From: Coraliomargaritaceae bacterium | Lineage (GTDB): Bacteria; Verrucomicrobiota; Verrucomicrobiia; Opitutales; Coraliomargaritaceae | Length of the DNA stretch: 64,000 bases | Assembly (NCBI GenBank): GCA_965656495.1 | Contig: CBFHKU010000004.1 | Coordinates: 32,001-96,000, forward strand | Reading direction: 5' to 3' | Part shown: one piece after another, positions 9,998 to 19,360 of the stretch | Layout of the letters: each line of letters starts with the position of its first letter | Numbering within the stretch: the first letter of the stretch is position 1 | Made by a program: the position numbers and the translations under genes | The notes under the pieces: generated by a model | Told to the model about the DNA's origin: nothing | The model's input: the letters and a program-made list of their open reading frames with translations, nothing else | The model's database searches: none

Positions 9998-12000
9998 TCG
10001 TAGTGTAGCGCGACCGCGCAGTGACAGGAAAATTGAGGAATCACAACCGAACCGCAGTCCCCCTCCCACGTAATCGGGAGATCAATTCCGTCCGGAACGA
10101 GCCTCGCGTGCGTGATCTTTTCGGGCAAATCAAACCGCAGCGGCACCTCGTGGAGCGGCGGCATGTCTTCAATGATTTCACAATTCCCACGCCGCATCGG
10201 CGGAGCGTAAAGCAAATGCGCGACATAACGCCCCTCCCCCGCTTGATGCAGAAAGGTTAGACGCCCCGCGCTCGGGAGCTTTGCTGCTACCATTGGACGC
10301 CTTCGCAAGCGCTGCAAAACATTGTAGAACAAGTCGCGGTGCAGTCGCGCTCCGTGCTTGAGATACATCCAGTCCAATTCCGGAACAATCGTGATTATAT
10401 TTCCCTTGCGAATGATCGCGGGATGCTCGGCCGGTTCCAACCGATGCGGAGTGTTCTGATGCGAGCAATAATGCTCTGCAGTACGGCTGAAAAAAGGCTC
10501 GTGAAGCTGCGCCAAAACTTCTGCATCTGCATGCGCTTTAAAACGCCGCGCCGGTTTATAATTCAAGAACGGGCTAGCCACCAGACCCTCCGCCAAAGTA
10601 CCCTCCACTGAGAGGTAATCCCGGTCGTAGTTCGCCTCACCTAAATAATCCGCACCGATATCGAGCAAGACCTTGCCTTCCGCATCCAGCGCCCCGCTCC
10701 CCAATACCAGCAAATTGCCCCCCGCCTTCGCAAAGGCGTTCAGGCGGTCGGCCGTCGCCGCATCGAGGCAAGCCGCGCCGGGAATCAGAATGCATTCGTA
10801 TGCACGCAGGTCTTTCGAAAAATTCGCGACCTCGAAGTTGATCTGTTTATCGAGCAGCATTTTGGCAAGGCCCTCGTCATGCGCGGCGCTGAAGCTGCGC
10901 CAAAAACCCAATCGCGCGACCGGTTGCCCACCGATCCCGTAAGCCTCGATTTCCTTAACATAGGCATAGGCTTCCCCGATGTTACGATACGTCGCTGAAT
11001 CCATTTTCCCACTTGGATGCAACTGGTCGCCAAAATTACAAGCGGCACCCCAGGCGATCATCGAGGCGGCCTCATAACGCAAGGCCTCGGGGTGCTTGAA
11101 GCCGCCAAACTCCCCCCACGCGGTGTGGAATTTGCCACTCATCGCGGTTATGCCATAGCCAGCCTGCAGGAAGTATTTCGATTGCAGCGGCAATTTATCA
11201 TACCCGCCCCAAACCGTGGGCAAGTCTTCCAAATCCTGCACGGTGTTGCTTCCAAACATCCGGTGCCGAAAATTCGCGCCGCTCTCAATCGCTGTGGTTC
11301 CGTTAAAGAAAACCTGCGCGGTGGGATGATACCGCGAAATCAATTCCCGCAGTGCCTTGCAATGCCCTTGCATCGTATCGGCAGTGAACCCTTCAACCGC
11401 AGACGCATCCTCGAAATCAATGCCTGCCGCTATCATATCGCGGCGACAGGATTCGCAAAAACAATGCCGCTCCACCTGATAAATATCGAACCAGAAGCCA
11501 TCGCTGACATAGCGTTCACAGAGTTCCTCAACCTGCGCCATAATGTGCTCGTGATAAGCGGTGTTGGCGCAGAGAAACTTCCAGTAAAAATCCGGCAGCG
11601 GATCCTCCGCCTTGGCGTCCCCGGAACGGCTTCCGCTCGTGACATACTGGCCCTCCCGGTCGCGCACGCACCATTCGGGGTGCGCCTCCGCGTCATTCGC
11701 AGACCATCCAAAGGTGTAATAGATCTGGGTCCTGACCCCGATCTCACGACAGGCTTCCAGTTGCGCACCCAGCAAATCAAAATCGAGGTTCGGGTGCATC
11801 CGCCCCACTTTGGTTGGATAGTAGCTCCAACTGTGATGACATTTCGCAAATAGATTGATCGAATCAATATGCCCCACGCGCAGGGCCGCTTGAAAATCCT
11901 CTTTCTTAAATCCCCTCCCAATCTCCATCAAATGCTCGGAGGTGTGAAAATCCAAATGCACTTGGCGGCGACCGGGAGGATATTTTGAAGGGGTTTGCAT
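9994..12000 (-). CDS. GH151-like alpha-L-fucosidase with beta-galactosidase trimerisation domain
   Basis: RQVHLDFHTSE, FAKCHHSWSYYPT, DGFWFDI, LEDLPTVWGGY, MSGKFHTAWGEFGG, GDQLHP; no signal peptide; start ATG 12000. Confidence 0.75.
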   Translation of the reverse strand: MQTPSKYPPGRRQVHLDFHTSEHLMEIGRGFKKEDFQAALRVGHIDSINLFAKCHHSWSYYPTKVGRMHPNLDFDLLGAQLEACREIGVRTQIYYTFGWSANDAEAHPEWCVRDREGQYVTSGSRSGDAKAEDPLPDFYWKFLCANTAYHEHIMAQVEELCERYVSDGFWFDIYQVERHCFCESCRRDMIAAGIDFEDASAVEGFTADTMQGHCKALRELISRYHPTAQVFFNGTTAIESGANFRHRMFGSNTVQDLEDLPTVWGGYDKLPLQSKYFLQAGYGITAMSGKFHTAWGEFGGFKHPEALRYEAASMIAWGAACNFGDQLHPSGKMDSATYRNIGEAYAYVKEIEAYGIGGQPVARLGFWRSFSAAHDEGLAKMLLDKQINFEVANFSKDLRAYECILIPGAACLDAATADRLNAFAKAGGNLLVLGSGALDAEGKVLLDIGADYLGEANYDRDYLSVEGTLAEGLVASPFLNYKPARRFKAHADAEVLAQLHEPFFSRTAEHYCSHQNTPHRLEPAEHPAIIRKGNIITIVPELDWMYLKHGARLHRDLFYNVLQRLRRRPMVAAKLPSAGRLTFLHQAGEGRYVAHLLYAPPMRRGNCEIIEDMPPLHEVPLRFDLPEKITHARLVPDGIDLPITWEGDCGSVVIPQFSCHCAVALHYE

Positions 12001-12070
12001 CAATAATGAATATCGCTGAAGCAGATGTAACTCTAAAATATAAGCCAATCAATCTGCCAAAACAAGCGAC

Positions 12071-12103
12071 ACAAATGAAGCCATCATCCTAAAGGATGAA
12101 ACC
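12071..12103 (-). promoter_or_regulatory. Candidate XylR/AraC operator (ATGAAGCC-N13-ATGAAACC) upstream of the sulfatase/GH operon
   Basis: Direct repeat with 21-bp period; same motif at 18907-18939. Confidence 0.6.
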
Positions 12104-12173
12104 GACTCTACCAAGGGTATAAGTTCCTACCTCGAGGGCTAACAGCAAGCCCGTAGAATCAGAAAGGATGCAC

Positions 12174-12908
12174 CTAAAGCGTTATCTCTGCGGAGGGTGT
12201 TACAGGCGGTAATTGCATGAACCCCATCTCCTTGATCGTCACCGTGCTTTGTGTTGACCATTTGCTGTCGGTAAAGAACTTGATTTGCGCGATGCTGCTG
12301 GCGTTGAAATCGGAGATGGTCTTAATCGCGGTGCCGTTGACAAAATAAGTGACGGTGTCGTTATCGAGGTCGAAGTCGATGGTGAAACGCATGGGACGGC
12401 TCTCCTTTAGATCCGCCAAATGCCCGGCATAGTCGAAGCCCTTGCCCTGCCAACCGGTCGCGGAGGTCGCGGAAAAGCGGATCTTCGCATCGGTGCCTTT
12501 CTCGGCGTAGAGGTTCAAACCCGTGATACGGCGATTATTGGCACCGGAGACCTCAAAAGCAATCGAGCCGTCATTACTTGGATCGAGACTCCAGGAAGCA
12601 AATTCTATCACGAGGCGATAACGTCCGCTATTGTAACGAGTCGGGGCATAGTCCTGCGCGGGCACCCGCCGATAAGAACTCCCGGTATTTGACACCACAA
12701 AATGCCCGAGACCATCGGCTTCCATTCCCTTCACTTTGCCAAAATTCCAATTATTGGCATTGGTACCGCTATTTAGAATACCACCCTTTCCATCGTCAAA
12801 TGAGACACCGGCAGTGTCGGTCTCAAAATTCCAGTATTCGAGTTTGGTTTCCCCAAATGAAAGACCAAACGAAGTGCTCAAAGTTAAAAGAAGTAGTTTC
12901 GCTTTCAT
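12174..12908 (-). CDS. Secreted hypothetical protein, probably beta-sandwich/lectin-like
   Basis: 244-aa ORF, signal peptide MKAKLLLLTLSTSFGLSFG, alternating beta-strand pattern. Confidence 0.65.
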   Translation of the reverse strand: MKAKLLLLTLSTSFGLSFGETKLEYWNFETDTAGVSFDDGKGGILNSGTNANNWNFGKVKGMEADGLGHFVVSNTGSSYRRVPAQDYAPTRYNSGRYRLVIEFASWSLDPSNDGSIAFEVSGANNRRITGLNLYAEKGTDAKIRFSATSATGWQGKGFDYAGHLADLKESRPMRFTIDFDLDNDTVTYFVNGTAIKTISDFNASSIAQIKFFTDSKWSTQSTVTIKEMGFMQLPPVTPSAEITL

Positions 12909-12947
12909 GAAATCAAAAGAATGAAATTTGTGGTATAATGAGATCTG

Positions 12948-12974
12948 AAAAAAAAAGCGCAGCCTAAGCCGCGC
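12948..12974 (-). terminator. Rho-independent terminator after the PEP-CTERM gene
   Basis: Minus strand GCGCGGC-TTAG-GCTGCGC followed by T9. Confidence 0.8.
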
Positions 12975-12998
12975 CGTGATTTAGTGATTTCCAATAGA

Positions 12999-13934
12999 TT
13001 ACTTGCGGCGACGTATCATCACATAACCTAATGCGAGCAAACCAGCAATTATTGAGATAGTTTGCGGCTCGGGAACAATTGCATTTGCCGTAAGCGTAAG
13101 GGAATCAATATTAAAATAATCACCACTTGTTGTTGGATCAGTAGTCCAAGGACCACCCGCTACACCACCCCAAGAACCAAGTGATGGCGATTTTGCTGCA
13201 ATGCGAATACTAGCGATGTCGGACAAACCGGTACCGCTTTGAATTTCGCTGTAACCATGATTCGTATCACCCGCGTATGCAGTCCAGCTACCGTCGGTGA
13301 GATCACCCGTTATCTTCAGGCTGATTCCAGGATTATTACTTCCACCAAAACGACTGGGTGTTTTGGTATTATCGTCATTATCGGTGTCAAAAGCGCCACC
13401 ATTAAGACCTCCAAAAGAACCGCCTTCTGAATTATTGAACGCCTGAACACCACCGTTGTTGGTCGTTTGGTAACCCACAACCACTTCCTCGCTTTGAGCG
13501 GTGTTTCGCAATGAAAACTGAATTCCCTTGCTGGCATCTGATGTGTTGCTGGAATCCCAATTTTGTCGAATATCAAAGGTTGGGATGACGATTTCAAAGG
13601 TGTAAGTACTATAGCCCGTATTTGTGAGGCCACTTGTCAAAGTATATTCACGATGGCCACGTGTGCCCGCTCCTTGGTCAACATACAAAGTAGTGCCTGT
13701 TGATCCGCGCCAGTTTGCAGTATAACCATAATTTAATTTGCCGTTTTGTACTCGCGCTTGAACACCACTGTTCCAGCTGCCTTTAATTGTACCAGCGTCT
13801 TGTATTTGCGAGCCGTTTGACCCGCCAAGGTAAGCACCATTCGTATCATTAAATTGGTAGTCTACAATCGCAGTTTGCGCCAGCGCCGTTGTTGCAGATG
13901 CCAACAATGCAAGAGATAAAGTTCTTAATTTCAT
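12999..13934 (-). CDS. PEP-CTERM surface protein
   Basis: Signal peptide; C-terminal VPEPQT + hydrophobic helix + RRRK; visibly AT-richer than neighbours. Confidence 0.9.
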   Translation of the reverse strand: MKLRTLSLALLASATTALAQTAIVDYQFNDTNGAYLGGSNGSQIQDAGTIKGSWNSGVQARVQNGKLNYGYTANWRGSTGTTLYVDQGAGTRGHREYTLTSGLTNTGYSTYTFEIVIPTFDIRQNWDSSNTSDASKGIQFSLRNTAQSEEVVVGYQTTNNGGVQAFNNSEGGSFGGLNGGAFDTDNDDNTKTPSRFGGSNNPGISLKITGDLTDGSWTAYAGDTNHGYSEIQSGTGLSDIASIRIAAKSPSLGSWGGVAGGPWTTDPTTSGDYFNIDSLTLTANAIVPEPQTISIIAGLLALGYVMIRRRK

Positions 13935-14106
13935 AATAGGGTATGGGGTTGATGAATTGCTTCTATTTCTAATAAGTTACATCATAACCGTTTATTTAAC
14001 AATTGTGTTTTTTGAGTAAAAAATCATAAAATATGAAAATAAGAGTATTGCATAACCCCCTTAAGACCCTTTTATTGGCACCTAATTAGCCCAAACCTCT
14101 ATATAA

Positions 14107-15291
14107 ATGCTCAAAAGAAAACACATCATGCTCCTCTTGGAGTGGTATGACTACCGCATTCACCGCGGGGTTGCGAAAGTGGCACGCCAAAACGGCTGGC
14201 AATTGAATTGCCCCAAGGATCTCGCCGCCAATGAAGGCATCCTTAAGGACTGGAAGGGAGACGGTTGCATTGCCCTTCTCGAAAATGATGGAACCCTCGA
14301 GCATTTTCGGAAACTTAAAATCCCGCTCGTGGACCTCGGCCTGCGCAATCACAAGCTCAAGGTACCTCGCGTTATTACTGACAATGCCGCAATCGGTCGA
14401 CTGGCCGCTGAGCATTTCAGGGATTTTGGGCACCGGGAAGTCTTCGCCATCGATCCGGGCGACAAGGCGATGTATCGGGAACGCTTGGAGGGTTTGCGCA
14501 CGCACCTTGAATCCGATGGCGGTCGAGTGCATGTTTTAAAAAGCTCGGTGGCGATCCAACACGACATCATTCATGAAATGAAGGCACTTGCGGCAGAGCG
14601 CGGCCATGCCCTTCATGAACTTTCACTCGGATTCTTTGCCTATCAGGACACGATGGCCTCCGAGATGATCTCGCTCTGCCTGCGGCATGATTTGAAGGTT
14701 CCCGAAAATGTTGCGGTTTTGGGCGTTGATAACGATGACTTGATCAACAGCGGTCTCATGATGGGGCTGAGCAGTGTGGACAGCGATCAGGAAGGCCTGG
14801 GGGCGGAAGCTGCCCACCTCCTGCAAACCATGCTCGACGACCCCAACAAATCCATTTCAACCAAAATCCACCGCCACAAACCCATTGGGGTAGTGGCGCG
14901 GCGCAGTACCGATTGCTTCGCGGTTCGCAATCCCCTCGTCGCCAGTGCCCTCCACTGGATCCAGAAAAATTATTACAAAGGCATTCAGGCGACCGACGTC
15001 GCGGAAGCGATGGGTGTCACGCAACAGGGTCTCCAAAAAGCCTTTGCCAGTTCCTACAGCCGTTCTCCGGGTCAGGAGATTCGCCATCAACGGGTGCAGG
15101 CGGTGGCACACCTCCTGAGCACTACCAACGCGAAACTGGAGGATATCGCCGCCAATTGCGGCTATTATTCCGTCAACTCCCTCATCAATAGCTTTCGTAG
15201 CACTCACAAGACCACTCCGGGCAAATTCCGCCAACAGAAACGCTCGGAACACGGCATTGGCAACCGCAACCAAACCAAGACCGCGCGATAA
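14107..15291 (+). CDS. XylR-type transcriptional regulator (periplasmic-binding-like domain + AraC HTH)
   Basis: VPENVAVLGVDND, LSSVD, VVARRST; C-terminal AraC domain (LEDIAANCGY...F......TPGKFR). Confidence 0.9.
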   Translation: MLKRKHIMLLLEWYDYRIHRGVAKVARQNGWQLNCPKDLAANEGILKDWKGDGCIALLENDGTLEHFRKLKIPLVDLGLRNHKLKVPRVITDNAAIGRLAAEHFRDFGHREVFAIDPGDKAMYRERLEGLRTHLESDGGRVHVLKSSVAIQHDIIHEMKALAAERGHALHELSLGFFAYQDTMASEMISLCLRHDLKVPENVAVLGVDNDDLINSGLMMGLSSVDSDQEGLGAEAAHLLQTMLDDPNKSISTKIHRHKPIGVVARRSTDCFAVRNPLVASALHWIQKNYYKGIQATDVAEAMGVTQQGLQKAFASSYSRSPGQEIRHQRVQAVAHLLSTTNAKLEDIAANCGYYSVNSLINSFRSTHKTTPGKFRQQKRSEHGIGNRNQTKTAR

Positions 15292-15325
15292 GCAAAGGTT
15301 CGTCCCTGTAATCCTACCGGTTGCC

Positions 15326-16681
15326 CTAGGCTCCCGTGGAGGGCCGGGCATCTGACTCACGCGCCTCAAGGTCGGCGAGCACCTGCGAGAATTTCTCCCC
15401 GTCCAAACGGTAGAACAACAGTGCCACCATACAGGCGAGCGAGAAACCCGCTGGTACGATGTTGAAAAGCCACACGATTGCGGTCTGCGCTGATTCGGTC
15501 AATTCGGTGTTGGCGACATAACCGGAAAAGGAAAGCACGATCGCCGCAAAACTACCGCCGAGCGCCATGCCCGCCTTAAAGGTAAACGAGAAAAAGGCGA
15601 AGGGGATGCCCTCCGAGCGAATCCCGCTTTTCCATTGTCCGTATTCCACCGTGTCGGGGACCATCCCCCATTGGCAAATTGAGCAGAACATCATGGTGGT
15701 GGAAGCCACCATCGAAATACCCGTGAAGAGCATGAAGGAATCGCCCGCCACAAAATGCCGGGTCAGATTTGCAATTACCACCACCGCGCTTCCAAAAATA
15801 AAGATATTCCGTTTCCCGTATTTGCCGGTCAAAAGCGGAGTCAGGACGACTCCTAAAACATTCGCAGGTAACATCCATTGAAAGAAGACCGATTGCAGGT
15901 CGGCATTCCCAAGGATGTATTTAAAGTAATACAAACTCACCGAATTCGCGATGACCCAGATGCAGGTGTTCAGGAACATTGCCAGCGAGAGAATTAACAG
16001 CGACTCGTTCTTCAGGATGATGGGTATGATATCCTTGAGGTGATACTTTTCGGTGGGCGGAGCGAGGCGTTCCTTCGATTTTAAACCCGCGTAGATCAGT
16101 AGCGCGCTGGAGGCAATGGCATAACAGACTGCCAGGGCAAAGAAACCCTCGGCCTCGGTCTCGAAATTCTTTAGGAAGGGACGCGTCCCGATACTGACGA
16201 CGCTCATCGCGATAATGACCGCGAAGAACATGCGCAGGGTGGAAATCCAGGCGCGCTCCTGCTGGTCCTGCGTCATCACCGCAGAGATGGAGGAATAAGG
16301 CAGACCCACCGCGGTAAAGACCATCCCGTGCAGGATATAAGTGACATAGGCATACACCACCTTCATGGAGGGTGAGATGTCCGGAACAAAGAAGCAGGCC
16401 AATAAAAGCAGATTCAGAGGAATCGCACCAAAGAAGACATAGGGACGAAAGCGACCCCAGCGGGTGCGGGTGTGGTCCGCGATATAACCCATAATGGGAT
16501 CATTGACCGCATCCCAAATACGGGCCGCCAAGAAAAGCCCCGCCACGTGCGCCGGAGAAATCCCGAAAACATCCGTATAAAAATAAGCGAGAAAGAACCC
16601 AATGAGTTGGAAGTTCAGATTGATTCCGAGATCTCCAATACTATAATTGAAGAGCTCTGTCTTTTTCAGAGGGCGTAGCAT
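15326..16681 (-). CDS. Glycoside-pentoside-hexuronide (GPH) cation symporter, probable xyloside importer
   Basis: YFYTDVFGI, RIWDAVNDPIMG, TRWGRFRPY, PDTVEYGQWKSG.RSEG. Confidence 0.92.
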   Translation of the reverse strand: MLRPLKKTELFNYSIGDLGINLNFQLIGFFLAYFYTDVFGISPAHVAGLFLAARIWDAVNDPIMGYIADHTRTRWGRFRPYVFFGAIPLNLLLLACFFVPDISPSMKVVYAYVTYILHGMVFTAVGLPYSSISAVMTQDQQERAWISTLRMFFAVIIAMSVVSIGTRPFLKNFETEAEGFFALAVCYAIASSALLIYAGLKSKERLAPPTEKYHLKDIIPIILKNESLLILSLAMFLNTCIWVIANSVSLYYFKYILGNADLQSVFFQWMLPANVLGVVLTPLLTGKYGKRNIFIFGSAVVVIANLTRHFVAGDSFMLFTGISMVASTTMMFCSICQWGMVPDTVEYGQWKSGIRSEGIPFAFFSFTFKAGMALGGSFAAIVLSFSGYVANTELTESAQTAIVWLFNIVPAGFSLACMVALLFYRLDGEKFSQVLADLEARESDARPSTGA

Positions 16682-16711
16682 AAATGATGGGGTTGGGATT
16701 GGGGTTGGGTG

Positions 16712-18850
16712 CTAAGCGCTGCAACTCGCGACCGTCTCCTCGGCAGCTGCCGGAGCGCCGGATTTCATCGCTGCCGAATCCATCCATAGAATATTGGTCA
16801 CGATGCGCGGATAGTAAAGACTGCCGATCGGTTTGCCCGATGCAAATTGATCGGAACAGGCCTGAAACTTGGATCCATTGATCTCCCAATAGACGTGCGC
16901 CGCATCTGCCCGCGCTTCCTCTCCGTATTGAATGCCGAGGATTTCGCGAACTACATATTGATTCAGGCATATCTTACTCATCCAGGAATTGTCGGCGCTA
17001 CTGGAAAGTTTCCAGCCGCCATCCTCATACAAACAAACTCCCGGCTTCAATACGTAGCCGATGTGCTCCTTCAGCATTTGGATGTACGAGCCGAATTCGC
17101 CCTCCTCCGTAAGCAGATCCCCCAAACCCATCTTCCAGGGATAGATCAAGGCCTCCACCGCCGGAATGATGGCACTCTTGTTCTTTCCGTCCAAAACCGC
17201 CGGTATGAAACCATGCTGCGTGTCAAATGATGCTGTGAGGGTCGAAGCACAACGAACCGCCGCCGCGTGCGCTTCCTTCGCGAGGCCCCTGTCTCCCAAT
17301 TCCGCAAACATCATTTCCAATGCCAGATAGGAAGCCCAGCATTTGCCACCGAGGTACACATTCCGGCGTGCCTGCCCCAGCGAATGATCCAAAGAATCGT
17401 AGGTCGTGATCTCACCCCCACCCTTAGTCCGCGAGCTTTCGAAACTCATCAAGCCGTCCCGTTGCGCCGGATCAGGGTGATCGCGGTTCAACAGACTTTG
17501 CAAACAACGTCCGAGCAAATCCTTGTGCTGCCGGAGGAAATCCGCATCCCCGGTCTGGTTGACATACAGGCCCGCGCATAAAACCCAGTTGGTTAACTGC
17601 TCGCAGGTCATATAAGAGAAACACTTGCGGTCGATCCCCACACACTCATAACAGGAATACTGCGCCGGACTAAAGTGATTCCCCACGCCCATGTCGTGCG
17701 TGAATGAAACCCCGCCCTCGAGCAAGCTCGCGGGATCTTCCGGCGCGAAGACCTGATCTTCGTATTGATAGCGATTGACGAATTGCTCCAGGACATTCCG
17801 CACCGTCCATGGATTCAGCTTCAACTCGAAAAAGATCATATCCACCGTCAAATCGAGGGTGTTCATCATTAAGTATTCGCCCTCGTTGATCACCCACAAA
17901 GGCTTCCCCGATTCGTCGATCAACCACTCGCTGGAGCCGTAGTAACTGCGGGTGGCATGCGCAATCAGGAATTGCTGCGATTCGCTCAAACCACTTGCCA
18001 GTAATTCCGCGTCGCGGTCTGCCGCCAGTTTCAAATACTTCGCCTCGTGCTCAAAGGCATAATCAAACACCTCGTGAATATTGGAAAAGTGGCGTGTGTA
18101 CCAATAACGGGCTTTCAAATTAAAAGTAGCCTGCCCCTCGATGAAGTAGCCCAGGACGATGCGTACTGTTTTCGAAGCACCGGGCTCGACCACAAAGGAA
18201 ATACCCGCCACTGGCCCCAGTGCGAAATTCGGGGTGCGCTGCTCACGCTCAAGGGCCTGCTCTACCCCAAACTCCACAAATTCCGAAACGCCCGCTGTAT
18301 CACTCGCAAAGCCCATGCGTTCACGCGTCACTGCTCCTTTGTACGACCCGTGCTGCGAAAGCGGCGACCAGGGAGTCGATCCCTCCAACGCGAAAAACCC
18401 TTCCCAGGATTCCTCGCTCTCATTGCGAAGCTCCAGTTCCAAAAAAGTGGCGGGCAAACTCGCAAATTTGAGTTCCTCCGCCTCGGAATGAGCCGGGTCC
18501 GGAATTTCGAAAAACGGCGTGCTCACTTTAAAACGTATCCCTTTCGCTTTAAACTGATCCGTCGCCCAATCGTAGCGGCGCTCAATCAAGGATTCATCCA
18601 GAATCGTCAGCCCTTTGTCGGCGGCTTCATCCGGTTTGCTATAGCGCTCCGCCTCGTTCGAAATCCCCTTGTAAAATGGCAGCGTCACCATTTGCCCCGA
18701 AGCGGTCCGATACCCGACAAAAACCGCACTGTCGGCGGGGCTGCCCCGCTCGAGTGCCATGCCACCCTCGGCGCCATGCATTCCAACGGTAAAGGAAGCG
18801 TGCGCTCCCATTGGTGAGTGCTGTGCGTGAAAGGAACTTGAGGGTAACAT
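16712..18850 (-). CDS. Beta-xylosidase, GH52 (cytoplasmic)
   Basis: FHAQHSPMGAHASFT, NEGEYLMMNTLDLTVD, EITTYDSLD, NSWMSKI, SLYYPR. Confidence 0.92.
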   Translation of the reverse strand: MLPSSSFHAQHSPMGAHASFTVGMHGAEGGMALERGSPADSAVFVGYRTASGQMVTLPFYKGISNEAERYSKPDEAADKGLTILDESLIERRYDWATDQFKAKGIRFKVSTPFFEIPDPAHSEAEELKFASLPATFLELELRNESEESWEGFFALEGSTPWSPLSQHGSYKGAVTRERMGFASDTAGVSEFVEFGVEQALEREQRTPNFALGPVAGISFVVEPGASKTVRIVLGYFIEGQATFNLKARYWYTRHFSNIHEVFDYAFEHEAKYLKLAADRDAELLASGLSESQQFLIAHATRSYYGSSEWLIDESGKPLWVINEGEYLMMNTLDLTVDMIFFELKLNPWTVRNVLEQFVNRYQYEDQVFAPEDPASLLEGGVSFTHDMGVGNHFSPAQYSCYECVGIDRKCFSYMTCEQLTNWVLCAGLYVNQTGDADFLRQHKDLLGRCLQSLLNRDHPDPAQRDGLMSFESSRTKGGGEITTYDSLDHSLGQARRNVYLGGKCWASYLALEMMFAELGDRGLAKEAHAAAVRCASTLTASFDTQHGFIPAVLDGKNKSAIIPAVEALIYPWKMGLGDLLTEEGEFGSYIQMLKEHIGYVLKPGVCLYEDGGWKLSSSADNSWMSKICLNQYVVREILGIQYGEEARADAAHVYWEINGSKFQACSDQFASGKPIGSLYYPRIVTNILWMDSAAMKSGAPAAAEETVASCSA

Positions 18851-18906
18851 AAGCTATTAAAATAAGCTCAACAAATTATCAAAATACAGCCCTTGAGCCA
18901 AGCACG

Positions 18907-18939
18907 ACAAATGAAGCCTATATTAAAACTAATGAAACC
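18907..18939 (-). promoter_or_regulatory. Candidate XylR/AraC operator upstream of the GH52-GPH operon
   Basis: ACAAATGAAGCC...ATGAAACC, 21-bp period, same architecture as 12071-12103. Confidence 0.6.
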
Positions 18940-19090
18940 ACCACATCCGCAGAAACCTTAAAAATGCACGCTTCCTGAGCACTCCCTACTCGCATAAGTT
19001 CAGGATTTTGAACTTACACAACCATATTCAGTTCATCTCCAATAACAAAAAATCATTGCTCAAAAACATTCTCTCACCTACATAAATCAT

Positions 19091-19303
19091 ATGCCATATT
19101 TCTTGACCATCATCGCTCTCATTTTCACGACCAGCCTCGCTCAGGCGCATTCCACTGGCGGGCATCACGAAGGCACTGCAGCCAACACCGTTCATTTCCT
19201 GACCGAGTTCAGCCATTTCGGCCCGGTATTATTAATTGCTGCCCTGCTTGTTATTGCCGGATTCGCCAGTCTGCGCTTCCGGAAATCGGAACGGTCCAAT
19301 TAA
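19091..19303 (+). CDS. Small His-containing membrane protein, HupE/UreJ N-terminus-like
   Basis: Signal peptide ending AQA-H, GGHHEG, H-x6-H (HFLTEFSH) before a TM helix, basic tail. Confidence 0.55.
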   Translation: MPYFLTIIALIFTTSLAQAHSTGGHHEGTAANTVHFLTEFSHFGPVLLIAALLVIAGFASLRFRKSERSN

Positions 19304-19360
19304 ACGCAATCCACGGATGGCGCGTATACTCATGGCCACCGTGATATTAGCGACACCCTC

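Noticed and set aside
16689..16709. G-quadruplex-like GGGGTTGGGATTGGGGTTGGG between GH52 and the GPH transporter
   Set aside because: It is the complement of a C/A-rich pre-start leader, and similar leaders precede glpK and the PEP-CTERM gene, so a translation-initiation signature is simpler.
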